Source of the DNA: a virus
Lineage: Duplodnaviria > Caudoviricetes
Reading direction: 5' to 3' (one strand)
Virus record (IMG/VR): IMGVR_UViG_3300021256_000072
Location: 1-64,000 of that record
DNA: 64,000 nt
Below, one piece after another: positions 19,361-30,100 of this stretch. Under the pieces are notes generated by a model. It made no database searches and was not told the DNA's origin. It saw nothing but the letters and a program-made list of their open reading frames with translations. Every line of letters begins with the position of its first letter. Within the stretch, counting starts at the first letter, position 1. The position numbers and the translations under genes were made by a program.

Positions 19361-20281
19361 ATGACAGAAAAAGAAGCTGAAGATTTGTGTAAAATGATAA
19401 GAGTAGGAGTGGATTTAAGTAAGCCCAAGTACAATTATCATCCAAAAACAAGAGTGGAATTAAAAGATCTAATTGAGGAACTGATTGAAAAAAGAGGAAA
19501 TAAAGCAGATTTAAATGATGTTGATGTTTCTCAAATTACAGATATGAATCATTTATTTCTTAAATCTAAATTCAATGGAGATATCTCAAAATGGGATGTT
19601 AGTAATGTGAGGGATATGAGTTGGATGTTTTGGTGTTCTAAATTCAATGGGAATATTTCTAGTTGGAATGTTAGTAAGGTTGAGAAGATGGAACGTATGT
19701 TTTGTGGTTCCCAATTCAATGAAAATATTTCAAATTGGAATGTTAGTGAAGTGAAGGATATGAGTGAGATGTTTCTTGAATCTCAATTTAACGAAGATAT
19801 CTCAAATTGGGATGTTAGGAAGGTTGAGAATATGAGTTGGATGTTTTGTGGTTCTCAATTCAATGAAAATATCTCAAATTGGAACGTTAGTGGAGTAAAG
19901 AATATGGACGGAATGTTTTGTAGATCTAAGTTTAATGGAGATATTTCAAAATGGGACGTTAGTGGAGTGAAGGAGATGGAAAGGATGTTTCTGAGATCTC
20001 AATTCAACGGAGATATCTCAAATTGGAATGTTAGTAATGTTGAGAACATGGAAGAGATGTTTGCTTATTCTCAATTTAACGGTGATATTTCTAGTTGGGA
20101 TGTTAGTGGAGTTGAGAATATGAAATTTATGTTTTTCGAGTCTCAATTCAATAGTGATATCTCTAAATGGGACGTTAGGAAGGTGAAGAGTATGGAAAGG
20201 ATGTTTAAGAAGTCTCAATTCAATGGAGATATTTCTAAATGGCCTAAGAAACCAAAAGGATATAAAAAATACTCGGATTAA
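19361..20281 (+). CDS. DUF285/BspA-type repeat protein (10 units)
   Basis: Leader, N-cap, repeats; C-terminus reads into the hairpin. Confidence 0.9.
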   Translation: MTEKEAEDLCKMIRVGVDLSKPKYNYHPKTRVELKDLIEELIEKRGNKADLNDVDVSQITDMNHLFLKSKFNGDISKWDVSNVRDMSWMFWCSKFNGNISSWNVSKVEKMERMFCGSQFNENISNWNVSEVKDMSEMFLESQFNEDISNWDVRKVENMSWMFCGSQFNENISNWNVSGVKNMDGMFCRSKFNGDISKWDVSGVKEMERMFLRSQFNGDISNWNVSNVENMEEMFAYSQFNGDISSWDVSGVENMKFMFFESQFNSDISKWDVRKVKSMERMFKKSQFNGDISKWPKKPKGYKKYSD

Positions 20282-20342
20282 TTTCCGGGTTTTTATTTTC
20301 TCCTCAAAATCTTATTTATGAAACTTTTAATAGTTTATTATT

Positions 20343-21317
20343 ATGACAGAAAAAGAAGCAGAGGATTTATGTAGAATGATAAGAGTGGGAGTAGACTTGG
20401 GTAAACCTAAATATAATTATCATCCAAAGACAAGAGAAAAATTAAAATATTTAGTCGAAAAACTAATTGAAAAAAGGGGAAATGAAGCGGATTTGAATGA
20501 TATTGATGTTTCCCAAATTACGGACATGAACGGTTTGTTCGCTTGGTCTAAATTCAACGGAAATATTTCAAAGTGGAACGTTAGTAATGTGAAGAATATG
20601 GGAGGAATGTTTGGTCATTCTAAATTCAACGGAAACATTTCAAATTGGAATGTTAGTAAGGTTGAGAGTATGAGTTATATGTTTATTTCTTCTGAATTTA
20701 ATGGAGACATTTCAAGTTGGGATGTTAGTGGGGTGGAGAGGATGAAAAATATGTTTGCTTGGTCTGAATTTAATGGTGATATTTCAAATTGGGATGTTAG
20801 GAGAGTTGAGAGTATGGAGCGCACGTTTTATCGTTCCAAAAAATTCAATGGGGATATTTCAAAATGGGATGTTAGTAGAGTGAAGAATATGAGTAATATG
20901 TTTTATGGTTCTCAGTTTAATGGAGATATCTCAAAATGGGATGTTAGTGGAGTTGTAAATATGAGTGGAATGTTTGCTTGGTCTGAATTTAATGGAGACA
21001 TTTCAAGCTGGAATGTTAGTGGAGTGAGAGGGATGGGTTGTATGTTTGCTAACTCTCAATTTAACGGCGATATTTCAAAGTGGGATGTTGGAAGAGTTGA
21101 AAATATGAGTTATATGTTTTGTGAGTCTAAATTTAATGGAGATATCTCAAAATGGGACGTTAGTGGGGTGAAAAATATGTCTTGGATGTTTTATGATTCT
21201 CAATTTGATGGAGATATCTCAAAATGGGATGTTAGTGGAGTTGAGGATATGGGAGGAATGTTTCAGGGATCTCGATTCAACAGAGATATTTCAAAATGGG
21301 CTAAGAAACCAGAATAA
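20343..21317 (+). CDS. DUF285/BspA-type repeat protein (11 units)
   Basis: Leader, N-cap, repeats. Confidence 0.9.
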   Translation: MTEKEAEDLCRMIRVGVDLGKPKYNYHPKTREKLKYLVEKLIEKRGNEADLNDIDVSQITDMNGLFAWSKFNGNISKWNVSNVKNMGGMFGHSKFNGNISNWNVSKVESMSYMFISSEFNGDISSWDVSGVERMKNMFAWSEFNGDISNWDVRRVESMERTFYRSKKFNGDISKWDVSRVKNMSNMFYGSQFNGDISKWDVSGVVNMSGMFAWSEFNGDISSWNVSGVRGMGCMFANSQFNGDISKWDVGRVENMSYMFCESKFNGDISKWDVSGVKNMSWMFYDSQFDGDISKWDVSGVEDMGGMFQGSRFNRDISKWAKKPE

Positions 21318-21398
21318 AAAAGAAAGACCTAGATAAATTTATCTAGGTTTTTATTTTCTCCTCAAAATCTTATTTATGAAACCTTTAATAATTTTATT

Positions 21399-22295
21399 AT
21401 GACAGAAAAAGAAGCTGAAGATTTGTGTAGAATGATAAGAATAGGAGTAGATTTAAGTAAGCCTGAATACACTTATCATCCAAAAACAAGAAGGGAATTA
21501 AAATATTTAGTCGAAAAACTAATTGAAAAAAGAGGAGATGAAGCAGATTTAAATGATGTTGATGTATCCCAAATTACGGATATGAGTGAATTGTTTGCTT
21601 ATTCTCGATTCAATGGGAATATTTCAAAGTGGGACGTTAGTAAAGTTGAAGATATGGGAGGAATGTTTGGAAACTCTAAATTTAATGGTGATATCTCAAG
21701 TTGGGACGTTAGTAAAGTTGAAGATATGGCGTGTATGTTTGTTGATACTAAATTCAATGGGGACATTTCTAATTGGAACGTTAGTAAGGTTGAAAGAATG
21801 AGTTATATGTTTGCTTGGTCTCAATTTAATGGAGATATTTCGAAATGGAATGTTAGTAAGGTTGAGGATATGAATAATATGTTCTATAATTCTAAATTCA
21901 ATGGTGATATCTCAAAATGGGATGTTAGTAGGGTGTGGGATATGCAGAATATGTTTTATGGTTCTCAATTTAATGGGGATATCTCAGAATGGAATGTGAG
22001 TAGGGTGAAGGAGATGATTGGTATGTTTGCTCATTCTCAATTCAATGGAGATATTTCAAATTGGGATGTTAGTGAAGTTGTGAATATGGGTAGTATGTTT
22101 CAGGATTCTAAATTTAATGGTGATATTTCTAATTGGGATGTTAGTAGGGTTGTGAATATGAGTTATATGTTTGATGAGTCTGAATTTAATGGAGATATCT
22201 CAAAATGGAATGTTAGTAATGTTAGGTATATGAGTTGTATGTTTATTAATTCTGAATTTAAAGGCGATATTTCTAAATGGGTTAAGAAACCATAA
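21399..22295 (+). CDS. DUF285/BspA-type repeat protein (10 units)
   Basis: Leader, N-cap, repeats. Confidence 0.9.
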   Translation: MTEKEAEDLCRMIRIGVDLSKPEYTYHPKTRRELKYLVEKLIEKRGDEADLNDVDVSQITDMSELFAYSRFNGNISKWDVSKVEDMGGMFGNSKFNGDISSWDVSKVEDMACMFVDTKFNGDISNWNVSKVERMSYMFAWSQFNGDISKWNVSKVEDMNNMFYNSKFNGDISKWDVSRVWDMQNMFYGSQFNGDISEWNVSRVKEMIGMFAHSQFNGDISNWDVSEVVNMGSMFQDSKFNGDISNWDVSRVVNMSYMFDESEFNGDISKWNVSNVRYMSCMFINSEFKGDISKWVKKP

Positions 22296-22391
22296 TAAAA
22301 AAAACAATAAAAGACCTAGATTAGTTTAATTTTAATCTAGGTTTTATTTTCTCCTCAAAATCTTATTCATGAAACTTTTAATAATTTTATT

Positions 22392-23078
22392 ATGACAGAA
22401 AAAGATGCTGAAGAGTTGTGTAAAATGGTAAGAATAGGTGTAGATTTAGGTAAACCTAAATATAATCATCATCCAAAAACAAAAGAAAAGTTAAAAGATC
22501 TCATTGAGGAACTAATTAAAGAGAGGGGAAATGAGGCAGATTTGAATGATGTTGACGTTTCCCAAATTACGGATATGAGTTATTTATTTTATAAATCTAA
22601 CTTTAATGGGAATATTTCTAATTGGAATGTGAGTAAGGTGAAGAATATGAGTTGGATGTTTCGGGAATCCCGATTTAATGGAGATATTTCAAAATGGGAT
22701 GTGAGTAAGGTCAAGAGTATGGGCTGGATGTTTCTAGGATCTCAATTTAATGGTGATATTTCTAAGTGGAATGTTAGTAGTGTAAAGGATATGAGGTGGA
22801 TGTTTCGGGAATCCCAATTTAACGGCGATATCTCAAAATGGGACGTTAGTGGAGTGAAATGGATGTACTATATGTTTTCTAGATCTCAATTTAACAGTGA
22901 TATCTCAAAATGGGATGTTAGTGGAGTGAAGAATATGATAAAGATGTTTGCTAATTCTCAATTCAATGGAGATATTTCAAATTGGGATGTTAGTGGGGTT
23001 GAGGAGATGGGTATGTGGTGTATGTTTGAAGATTCTCAATTCAATGGGAATATTTCTAAATGGGTTAAGAAACCGTAA
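22392..23078 (+). CDS. DUF285/BspA-type repeat protein (7 units)
   Basis: Leader, N-cap, repeats. Confidence 0.9.
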   Translation: MTEKDAEELCKMVRIGVDLGKPKYNHHPKTKEKLKDLIEELIKERGNEADLNDVDVSQITDMSYLFYKSNFNGNISNWNVSKVKNMSWMFRESRFNGDISKWDVSKVKSMGWMFLGSQFNGDISKWNVSSVKDMRWMFRESQFNGDISKWDVSGVKWMYYMFSRSQFNSDISKWDVSGVKNMIKMFANSQFNGDISNWDVSGVEEMGMWCMFEDSQFNGNISKWVKKP

Positions 23079-23174
23079 TAAAAAAAAATAATAAAAGACC
23101 TAGATTAGTTAATTTTAGTCCGGGTTTTCTTTTCTCCTCAAAATCTTATTTATGAAACCTTTAATAATTTTATT

Positions 23175-23945
23175 ATGACAGAAAAAGAGGTAGAGGATTT
23201 ATGTAGAATGGTAAGATTGGGAGTAGATTTAAGTAGACCTAAGTACAATTATCATCCAAAAACAAAGGAGGAGTTAAAAAATCTAGTCGAAAAGTTAATT
23301 GAAGAAAGAGGAAGAAAAGCAAACTTAAATGATATAGACGTTTCTCAAATTGAAGACATGAGTTTGATGTTTGGTTGGTCTAACTTTAATGGAGATATTT
23401 CTAAATGGAACGTTAGTAGAGTAAAGAGAATGGACAGGATGTTTACTTATTCTCAATTTAATGGAGATATTTCAAATTGGGATGTTAGTGGAGTGAAGAG
23501 TATGGAAGGAATGTTTGAAGGTTCTAGATTTAATGGAGATATCTCTAATTGGAATGTTAGTGGAGTTGAGGACATGAGTTATGCGTTCTATGGCTCTTCT
23601 CGATTTAATAAGGATATTTCAAAGTGGAATGTTAGTAGAGTTATGGATATGAGAGGAATGTTCGCTTATTCTCAATTTAATGAAGATATTTCTAGTTGGG
23701 ATGTTAGTGGAGTGAAGGATATGAGGCATATGTTTGAAGGTTCTCAATTCAATGGAGATATTTCAAATTGGGATGTTAGTAGGGTTGAGTGGATGGAATG
23801 GATGTTTCGATGTTCTAAATTTAACAGTGATATTTCTAGATGGAATGTTAGTAGTGTGAAGAATATGAACTGGATGTTTCTGGGATCTCAATTCAATGGG
23901 GATATCTCAAAATGGGCTAAGAAACCAACAGACTATTACTATTAA
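23175..23945 (+). CDS. DUF285/BspA-type repeat protein (8 units)
   Basis: Leader, N-cap, repeats. Confidence 0.9.
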   Translation: MTEKEVEDLCRMVRLGVDLSRPKYNYHPKTKEELKNLVEKLIEERGRKANLNDIDVSQIEDMSLMFGWSNFNGDISKWNVSRVKRMDRMFTYSQFNGDISNWDVSGVKSMEGMFEGSRFNGDISNWNVSGVEDMSYAFYGSSRFNKDISKWNVSRVMDMRGMFAYSQFNEDISSWDVSGVKDMRHMFEGSQFNGDISNWDVSRVEWMEWMFRCSKFNSDISRWNVSSVKNMNWMFLGSQFNGDISKWAKKPTDYYY

Positions 23946-23948
23946 AAA

Positions 23949-23983
23949 GTGATATTTCAAAATGGGCTAAGAAACCAGAATAA
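23949..23983 (+). pseudogene. Orphan 3' end of a DUF285 gene (DISKWAKKPE*)
   Basis: gatatttcaaaatgggctaagaaaccagaataa matches the end of 20343..21317. Confidence 0.8.
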
Positions 23984-24031
23984 AAAAAATAAACCTAGAT
24001 TAATTTATCTAATCCGGGTTTATTTTTTTTT
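23984..24031. terminator. Bidirectional hairpin closing the array
   Basis: A-run, aataaacc...ggtttatt, T-run. Confidence 0.65.
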
Positions 24032-24082
24032 ACGAAGCCCCACCGATTTAAGCATTGTAAAGAGGCTTGGCGGGATCTGTTA
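24031..24082 (-). ncRNA. Candidate small RNA resembling the abiF RNA motif
   Basis: - strand ACAGATCCCGCCAAGCCTCTTTACAATGCTTAAATCGGTGGGGCTTCGTA; CCCGCC/GGTGGG and AAGC/GCTT stems; GC-rich island with its own promoter. Family assignment is from recall and not searched. Confidence 0.55.
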
Positions 24083-24085
24083 ATG

Positions 24086-24093
24086 CAAAGATA
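24086..24093 (-). promoter_or_regulatory. Bacteroidota primary-sigma -7 box TATCTTTG
   Basis: - strand ...tatggaatatataagaaattttttgTATCTTTGcattaac; exact TAnnTTTG with an imperfect -33 element. Confidence 0.7.
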
Positions 24094-24127
24094 CAAAAAA
24101 TTTCTTATATATTCCATAAAATTAGAA

Positions 24128-24167
24128 AAAATATAGAGTAAGGTTTTATTTTCCCTACTCTATATTT
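24128..24167 (-). terminator. Hairpin ending the structural operon
   Basis: aaatatagagta...tactctatattt just past the 24177 stop, with a T run on the - strand. Confidence 0.55.
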
Positions 24168-24176
24168 AATAATTTA

Positions 24177-27100
24177 TTACGTTGGAACTGGGTAGAATGT
24201 AACATTATCATAACAAGCTCTGTACGTGTTATAATCTGCTTCATCATAACCCAGTAAACTTTCCGTATTGATACCATTTCCTAACGGATCACCAGCTGTA
24301 GCAATCAAGTATTGGCTATTACTAGTTAATGGTGGGGCTATTTTAGCAGCGTAAGAAAGACCACCATAATCAGAATATCCAATGCGCATGAAATAACTAC
24401 TAGAATTGCTAAGAAGAGTTGATTTATTCCAAGAAATTAATGTACCCTCTTTTATCACATTACCATATATAAACAAATTTATTGCATTATTGTATATATT
24501 GTCAAGTTTTAAATTAGGATAAGACATTAAATCTAATCCCCATTCCATTCCAGTAAATTCAGTTTCTCCTGTATCTACTTGATTGCCCTGACCATCATCT
24601 TCATAAATAGGAGATAATATCGGAGTTCCCATTACAGAATACCGAATTCCAGAGTCTGCAGTGTAATACTTAGGGAAACCTGCACTAGCATCTACTAACC
24701 CAATAGGAACTTCAGCACCTCCAGCAGAGTTTGAACCACCTGGCAATGCATTAGCTAAGGTTATTGTAGAAGTAGGGATAGATTTTCTTGTAGAATCATT
24801 CAAGAATACTACATAATAAACCTTCTCATAATCAGATACTGGAGGAACTATCAACTTGAAATTAAAGGCGTTAGCTAATGAAGTAGCATCCGTAAAGTTA
24901 ACTGGAACATAGTAATAGTATTTATGGTAAACTTGAACAGGATCACCATTACCGTCTACAGTATTCTCTATGTAAGTATCATACAATTTTGGGGTAATGT
25001 ATAAGCCATAGAAGGTGTACGTAATACTAGCACTTTTACAGTTTTTCAATAAATTATCAGGTAGAACTCCAGTGAATGTTACTATTGATCCATTGTAATT
25101 TGCAAAACAAGCATAAATAGAACATCCTGAAGTGCTTGACCCATAAAATATATCAGGGGCTACAAAACATCCATTAGATCTAACATTACTATAATTAGAC
25201 AAATTCTTTACTTCTTGAGCGGTTGTTCCAAGAGGATATGTAGTTATTCTCTGTGTAAAGTGACTTTGTATATTTTCAGTATCTGTTATCTCCGTAGGCT
25301 GTTGAATCGTGTGCTTAGTTGAAGACGTTTCTGATTCATAATATTCAGTTCCTTCATCTATTTCAGCCCCACCAGCTCCGTATGTAACTAGTCTAACTCT
25401 TTTGAAGCTTCCTTTATTATATTCTCCTTGAGGATCAAAACATTGTGGAGTTTCTAGGATAATATTTCTAAAACATCCTTCCAATGATTCAACCGTTCTA
25501 TCATACTCGTAAGTAATCAATTTAACCGGTTTTCTTCCTGATCCACCTGTGCTTACAAATACCGTTGATACCACTTCTCTTCTCTTTCTAAGAAAATCGA
25601 AAGGTATAGGATTCTTCCATCGAGTAGAATAGAATGTTTCGTACAAACTTGTAAGATTAGGTAAATACTTAAAGAAATCGTGGGTTATAGTTAAATACTG
25701 ATTCTGAGATTGTAAATCTGTTCTAAAATAACAATTAGAGAACAAGTAATCAATCGTAGTAATAGAAGTATTTTGTTCACCCGTATAAGTTCCCTCATCT
25801 ACTAAAGAAAATTCAGAAGGAAGAGTACCAGTAATAATGCAATTGTAAAACAGTCTATACAAACCTGTCAAATTAACGGCATACTTTAACACATTAGCCC
25901 ACAATGCTTGAAAATCAGCATACGTTATAGTCTTCGGAAATCCTATACTAGTATCTACTGTTTGGCTAAATAGCATCTTCAGCTTTTCTAATTTTCTTCT
26001 TATTACATTCTGATTAGTTTCACCAATACCCCAATTCAAGAAAGTAGCGATATCAACTCTTCCTTTGCCGTTATTGGTATTTGGATTTAATGAAATATTT
26101 CTAAATGATTTTACAATGGATTTAACCTCTACATTATAGAAAAGATTCTCCATTCCTTTTACTCCGGAATAAGTAACCCTTTCGAATACTTCATCCATAT
26201 CCAACCCATAATCAATTCCGGTACCAGGCTGAATTGAAACATAATCTGTAGTAAACCAATTAGTACAATTTATAATCTGTTCTGGATAAATCTCAATTCC
26301 TCTGAGTATTCTCATTACTCTAGGAGGATTTGATCCACCTCCATAAAATAAGTCATGCATAGAAACTTCAGATAAAGGAGAATAATCCTCAACTTCTGTA
26401 ACGGTGTCTGTAATCCCTGCGTCGTATTCTATAAAGTAAAGACAAGTATCGTCTGAGTTTCTAGTTCTAAATCGGATCTGTGTAATCTTACTAGAAATAA
26501 ACTCAAGAACATCAATGGTAGTATACAACACGTGATACCAAGTATTGCTAAACTGTCTCCACATTCCACGGGTTTCTTCACTAGTTCTAGGATTATTAGC
26601 CGTTCTTTCTCCAACCATAGCAGTATCCGAGAATGAAAGCCAGGTAGATTGAGATGCAAATCCTTGGAACATATATTTATTCATGAAGTCTATTGGATTG
26701 TCATATAATATACCATTACAAATATTTATTTTAGAAAATCCAGACAATGATAATGAGCTTTCCCCATTTAAATACTCTTCCCAACCTTGGGCTAGACTAT
26801 ATGTTATGGATTGATTTCTAAACAAGTTACTTGCAGTAGTGACATTTCCAGCACTTATGGTAGGATTATTACTACTCTTTATACACTCATCTAAGAAATA
26901 CTTAGCTGCAAGATAATCAATAGAACCCTTGATATTAGTATTAGTAATATAGAAGGTATTATTTAGATTAGTACAAGTATTCTTAACAAAAACCCTTGCG
27001 AATACAGGATCTTCTCCAGGAACATCTTCGCACTGTCTATAGGTCCATTCACTACAATTAGTAAAGGTATCATTAGAGATTATATAATAATTTCCGCTAC

Positions 27101-30100
27101 CTTCAATATACTTTAATCTAGAACATCCATAAAAAGCTCTATAAGGAAAATCTACATTCTTATTTGGCAATTTAAGCACTTCTAGTCTAGTATTCATCAA
27201 ATAAACACTAGTCAATGCAGTTTGATTAGAAAGATCTACTACACCAGCTACTGGACCAGATTTAAGAGTAGTTGCAGTTGCATTACTTGGACTTGGAGCC
27301 TCAATTTTAAGAACTTTTAATACGTCAGAGTTAGGGTCATTTATACTAAAGGTTTCTAATTTCGGACAATTATACACATATACGTTTTCAAATCCGGTAA
27401 CACTCAACGAAGTCATTGTAGTATTATTTCGAATTGTCAAAGTATTATGTGGATATTTTTTAGTATCATTTACTACAGTTACGCTATTACATGCCCAGTT
27501 TGCAGAAGTATTATTACTAGACCAAGTTGTAGGCAATATTATATTATTTTGCCAAGATGGAATATTCAACGAAGATAAGGTTCCTGAAATAGACACCTTA
27601 GATAGTGTTCCAACATTCGTAATATCTATCTTACTACCAGCTTTCATATTAGTTGCAGCTAGTGTAGTAAAGGATTCATTAGATACTCTCAATGCTATCT
27701 TGGTTCCAGTAATATTAATGGTTTTCAAGTTAGGGAAATTATCTGTAGTTCCAGTAGACTCAAATGCCAAATCTCCTGAATACCCATCATTATTAGTCAA
27801 TGATATGGTCTTCAAGCTTGGAGTATTAATTGTCCAAAGGCTACAAATACCAGAGGTTCCTATCAATGAAGTAAAGTAATCTGATTTAACCGTAAGCGTT
27901 CCTTTTGTTGTAATGAATGGATTTATTGAACTAAGATAAGTCCAAAGAGAAGATCCACCTAACAATGAGAACTGGTTACTATCGGTTTTTATTGATAGAT
28001 TACATACTCTTCCGTCATAAGGCAAAATATATCTAGCACTCTGATTGGTTCCTTTCAAAATCAATGGAGCATAAGGCTTAGCTTGAACTGAAACAGCAGC
28101 TGACAAATTTATATACTGATTACCAGCTGAAGTATCAGAGAAGATATCTTTTAATACATAGATATCTTTATTATTACTATCAATAAATTGCGTATCTGGG
28201 ATAGGAGAAGATATATCCTCTAAAGCATTCAAAGTATCTCCAAGTCTATTCAAATTGAAGTAAGCATCCAATATATGGAAACGTCCCTGTAACCAATCTG
28301 CGGTATAGGCTTGTTTTCTTCCATAAAACTTAGGGAAATTCGTAGTATCAAAAGCAGTTGAATTTTCTGGGAATACAAAATATTTATACTTATAATTATA
28401 ATTGAATGCACTTAATGGAACATCCTTTAAGTGATCATTATAGTAAGTATTCATAAAGTATTCTGCATTAGACAAACAACCCCTCTGCTTTTCACTTTGA
28501 GTATTCCAAGCATCATTTCTAGAAGAGTTTCTCCATAATGCCCATAGATTCGAAGGGTGCATTATCAAGTCTACCTCTTTCAAAATTGGATATGCATACT
28601 TAGCAATTGCAAATAGATAAGATGAAGGAACATCAAAGAATGCTGAATTAGGATCGCCATCTTTATTTTCTTCTACTTGTCCATTTGTGGTATCACTTTC
28701 CTCTTTAGGTGAATAATCCCTCCATACATTAGCCTCATTCAAGAATCCTTTATCATTAACTGAGCTTTCCCAATAATCAGAGAACGCAAAGTATGAAATT
28801 CTAGAACCGGAATTGGAAACACCTAAACACGTATCCATATCATAGAAAGCTGGATAGAAAGATGTTCCAGAATTCCAAGACTTGATATTTAAATTCTTTT
28901 GTACAGAGTCAACCAAACCGAAGGCCATACAAATAGTATAATACTCACAAACTGCTGTATAATCAAGACCAACTTCTACATTAGATTCTCCAGTTTCATC
29001 ATGTAGTAAAAGCTCTTTAAGGTCTCTTTCAGTAGCTGGATCTTGGAGCATTGTGAAATTATAAATATTGGTAGTGCCTACTTTAGATCTAGTGGCTTGA
29101 TACAAATAGTTTGGTACTTGATTCTTAGGAACTCCATTTTCGTCTGTTGCTGAATATTTGTCATTATATCCGTAGTAATCTGATGGACTTGTAGAGAAAG
29201 TTTTTCCTATAGCCTCAAACGCATAACCGCCTGCTCTAGCTACTCTTCTTACAAAAGCTGCTATCTTACTCTTAGCATTAGCATATTTACCTGAAGAACC
29301 TGATACACCGTCAACGAAGTCTCCGAACATAACAGTCTCATCACCAGTACCTATATCATACAGAATCGTTTCGCTGTATTGTGAAAAGTCAAAGAATTTA
29401 TTATTACCTTGAATTTCTGCTGCTGCTACTGAGTTCAAAATACCATTATCTTCAGGAGCTATGTCATAAATATGGAATCCTGAAGTTAAACCTAAAGACT
29501 CCAATTTAGTAAGGTCTTTATAACCAAGATTGAAGTATGAATTTCTACCTAAATTGAAATTATAAACGCCAAAGAAGTAATAATTTTCTATATTAACATC
29601 CGCTGCATTCTTATCCTGCTTATATCTGGTATGTATAAACAACAGAATTGGGAAACCCGTAAGACAGTTTTTGATAAAGTTACCATACACAGCCTTATTT
29701 TGTCTAGCTAATGCAAATGGAGTAGTAATATCATTAATAAACTTACCCATTGCATTATTATTAGTATGGCTTGAGTCTACAACGTCTGCTTTAAGCGTGA
29801 ATGACTCCTCTGGCAAAAACGTTTCTGGATTATTAGGATCGAAATTAGGAGAGAATAGACACTTGCTTTCATCATTAGATTCTGGCGCAATCAATTCGAA
29901 ATTCTTACACCGATAACTTCTTGTAGATGAACCTTGTAGCGTTAATTCAAAGTTAGCTGGAGCACTAGAACCTTGCTTAGTAATAGTAGTAAGTTCGGTT
30001 CCTTTACCATCAGCCCATTGAACAGTTACGCTAACATTTTCAATTTCATCCATTTCAGTATATTCAGCGCTAACCCATCCTCTAAAGTTATCTACATTAT

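Larger units (their letters stand above)
15830..24031 (+). repeat. Tandem array of nine DUF285 gene cassettes separated by a conserved ~70-95 bp spacer
   Basis: Spacers at about 15830, 16466, 17161, 18356, 19276, 20270, 21318, 22296 and 23079, plus a hairpin-only copy at 23984. Each is an acct(a/g)ga...tc(t/c)(a/g)ggttttt hairpin followed by ctcctcaaa(a/c)tcttatttatgaaacctttaataattttattATG or a close variant. Confidence 0.9.

Noticed and set aside
102-21801. Short antisense and alternate-frame ORFs within DUF285 genes (102..353, 4508..4738, 17540..17947, 18806..19126 etc.)
   Set aside because: Shadows of the periodic 72-bp repeat; no independent expression signals.
1-24031. Diversity-generating retroelement acting on the DUF285 genes
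   Set aside because: No reverse transcriptase or non-coding template repeat in the window, and many adenine-containing framework codons are invariant. An RT elsewhere in the genome cannot be excluded.
15830-24031. CRISPR array or integron attC sites
   Set aside because: The repeats are in-frame coding units or gene-spaced promoter/terminator spacers; there are no cas or intI genes and no attC core motifs.
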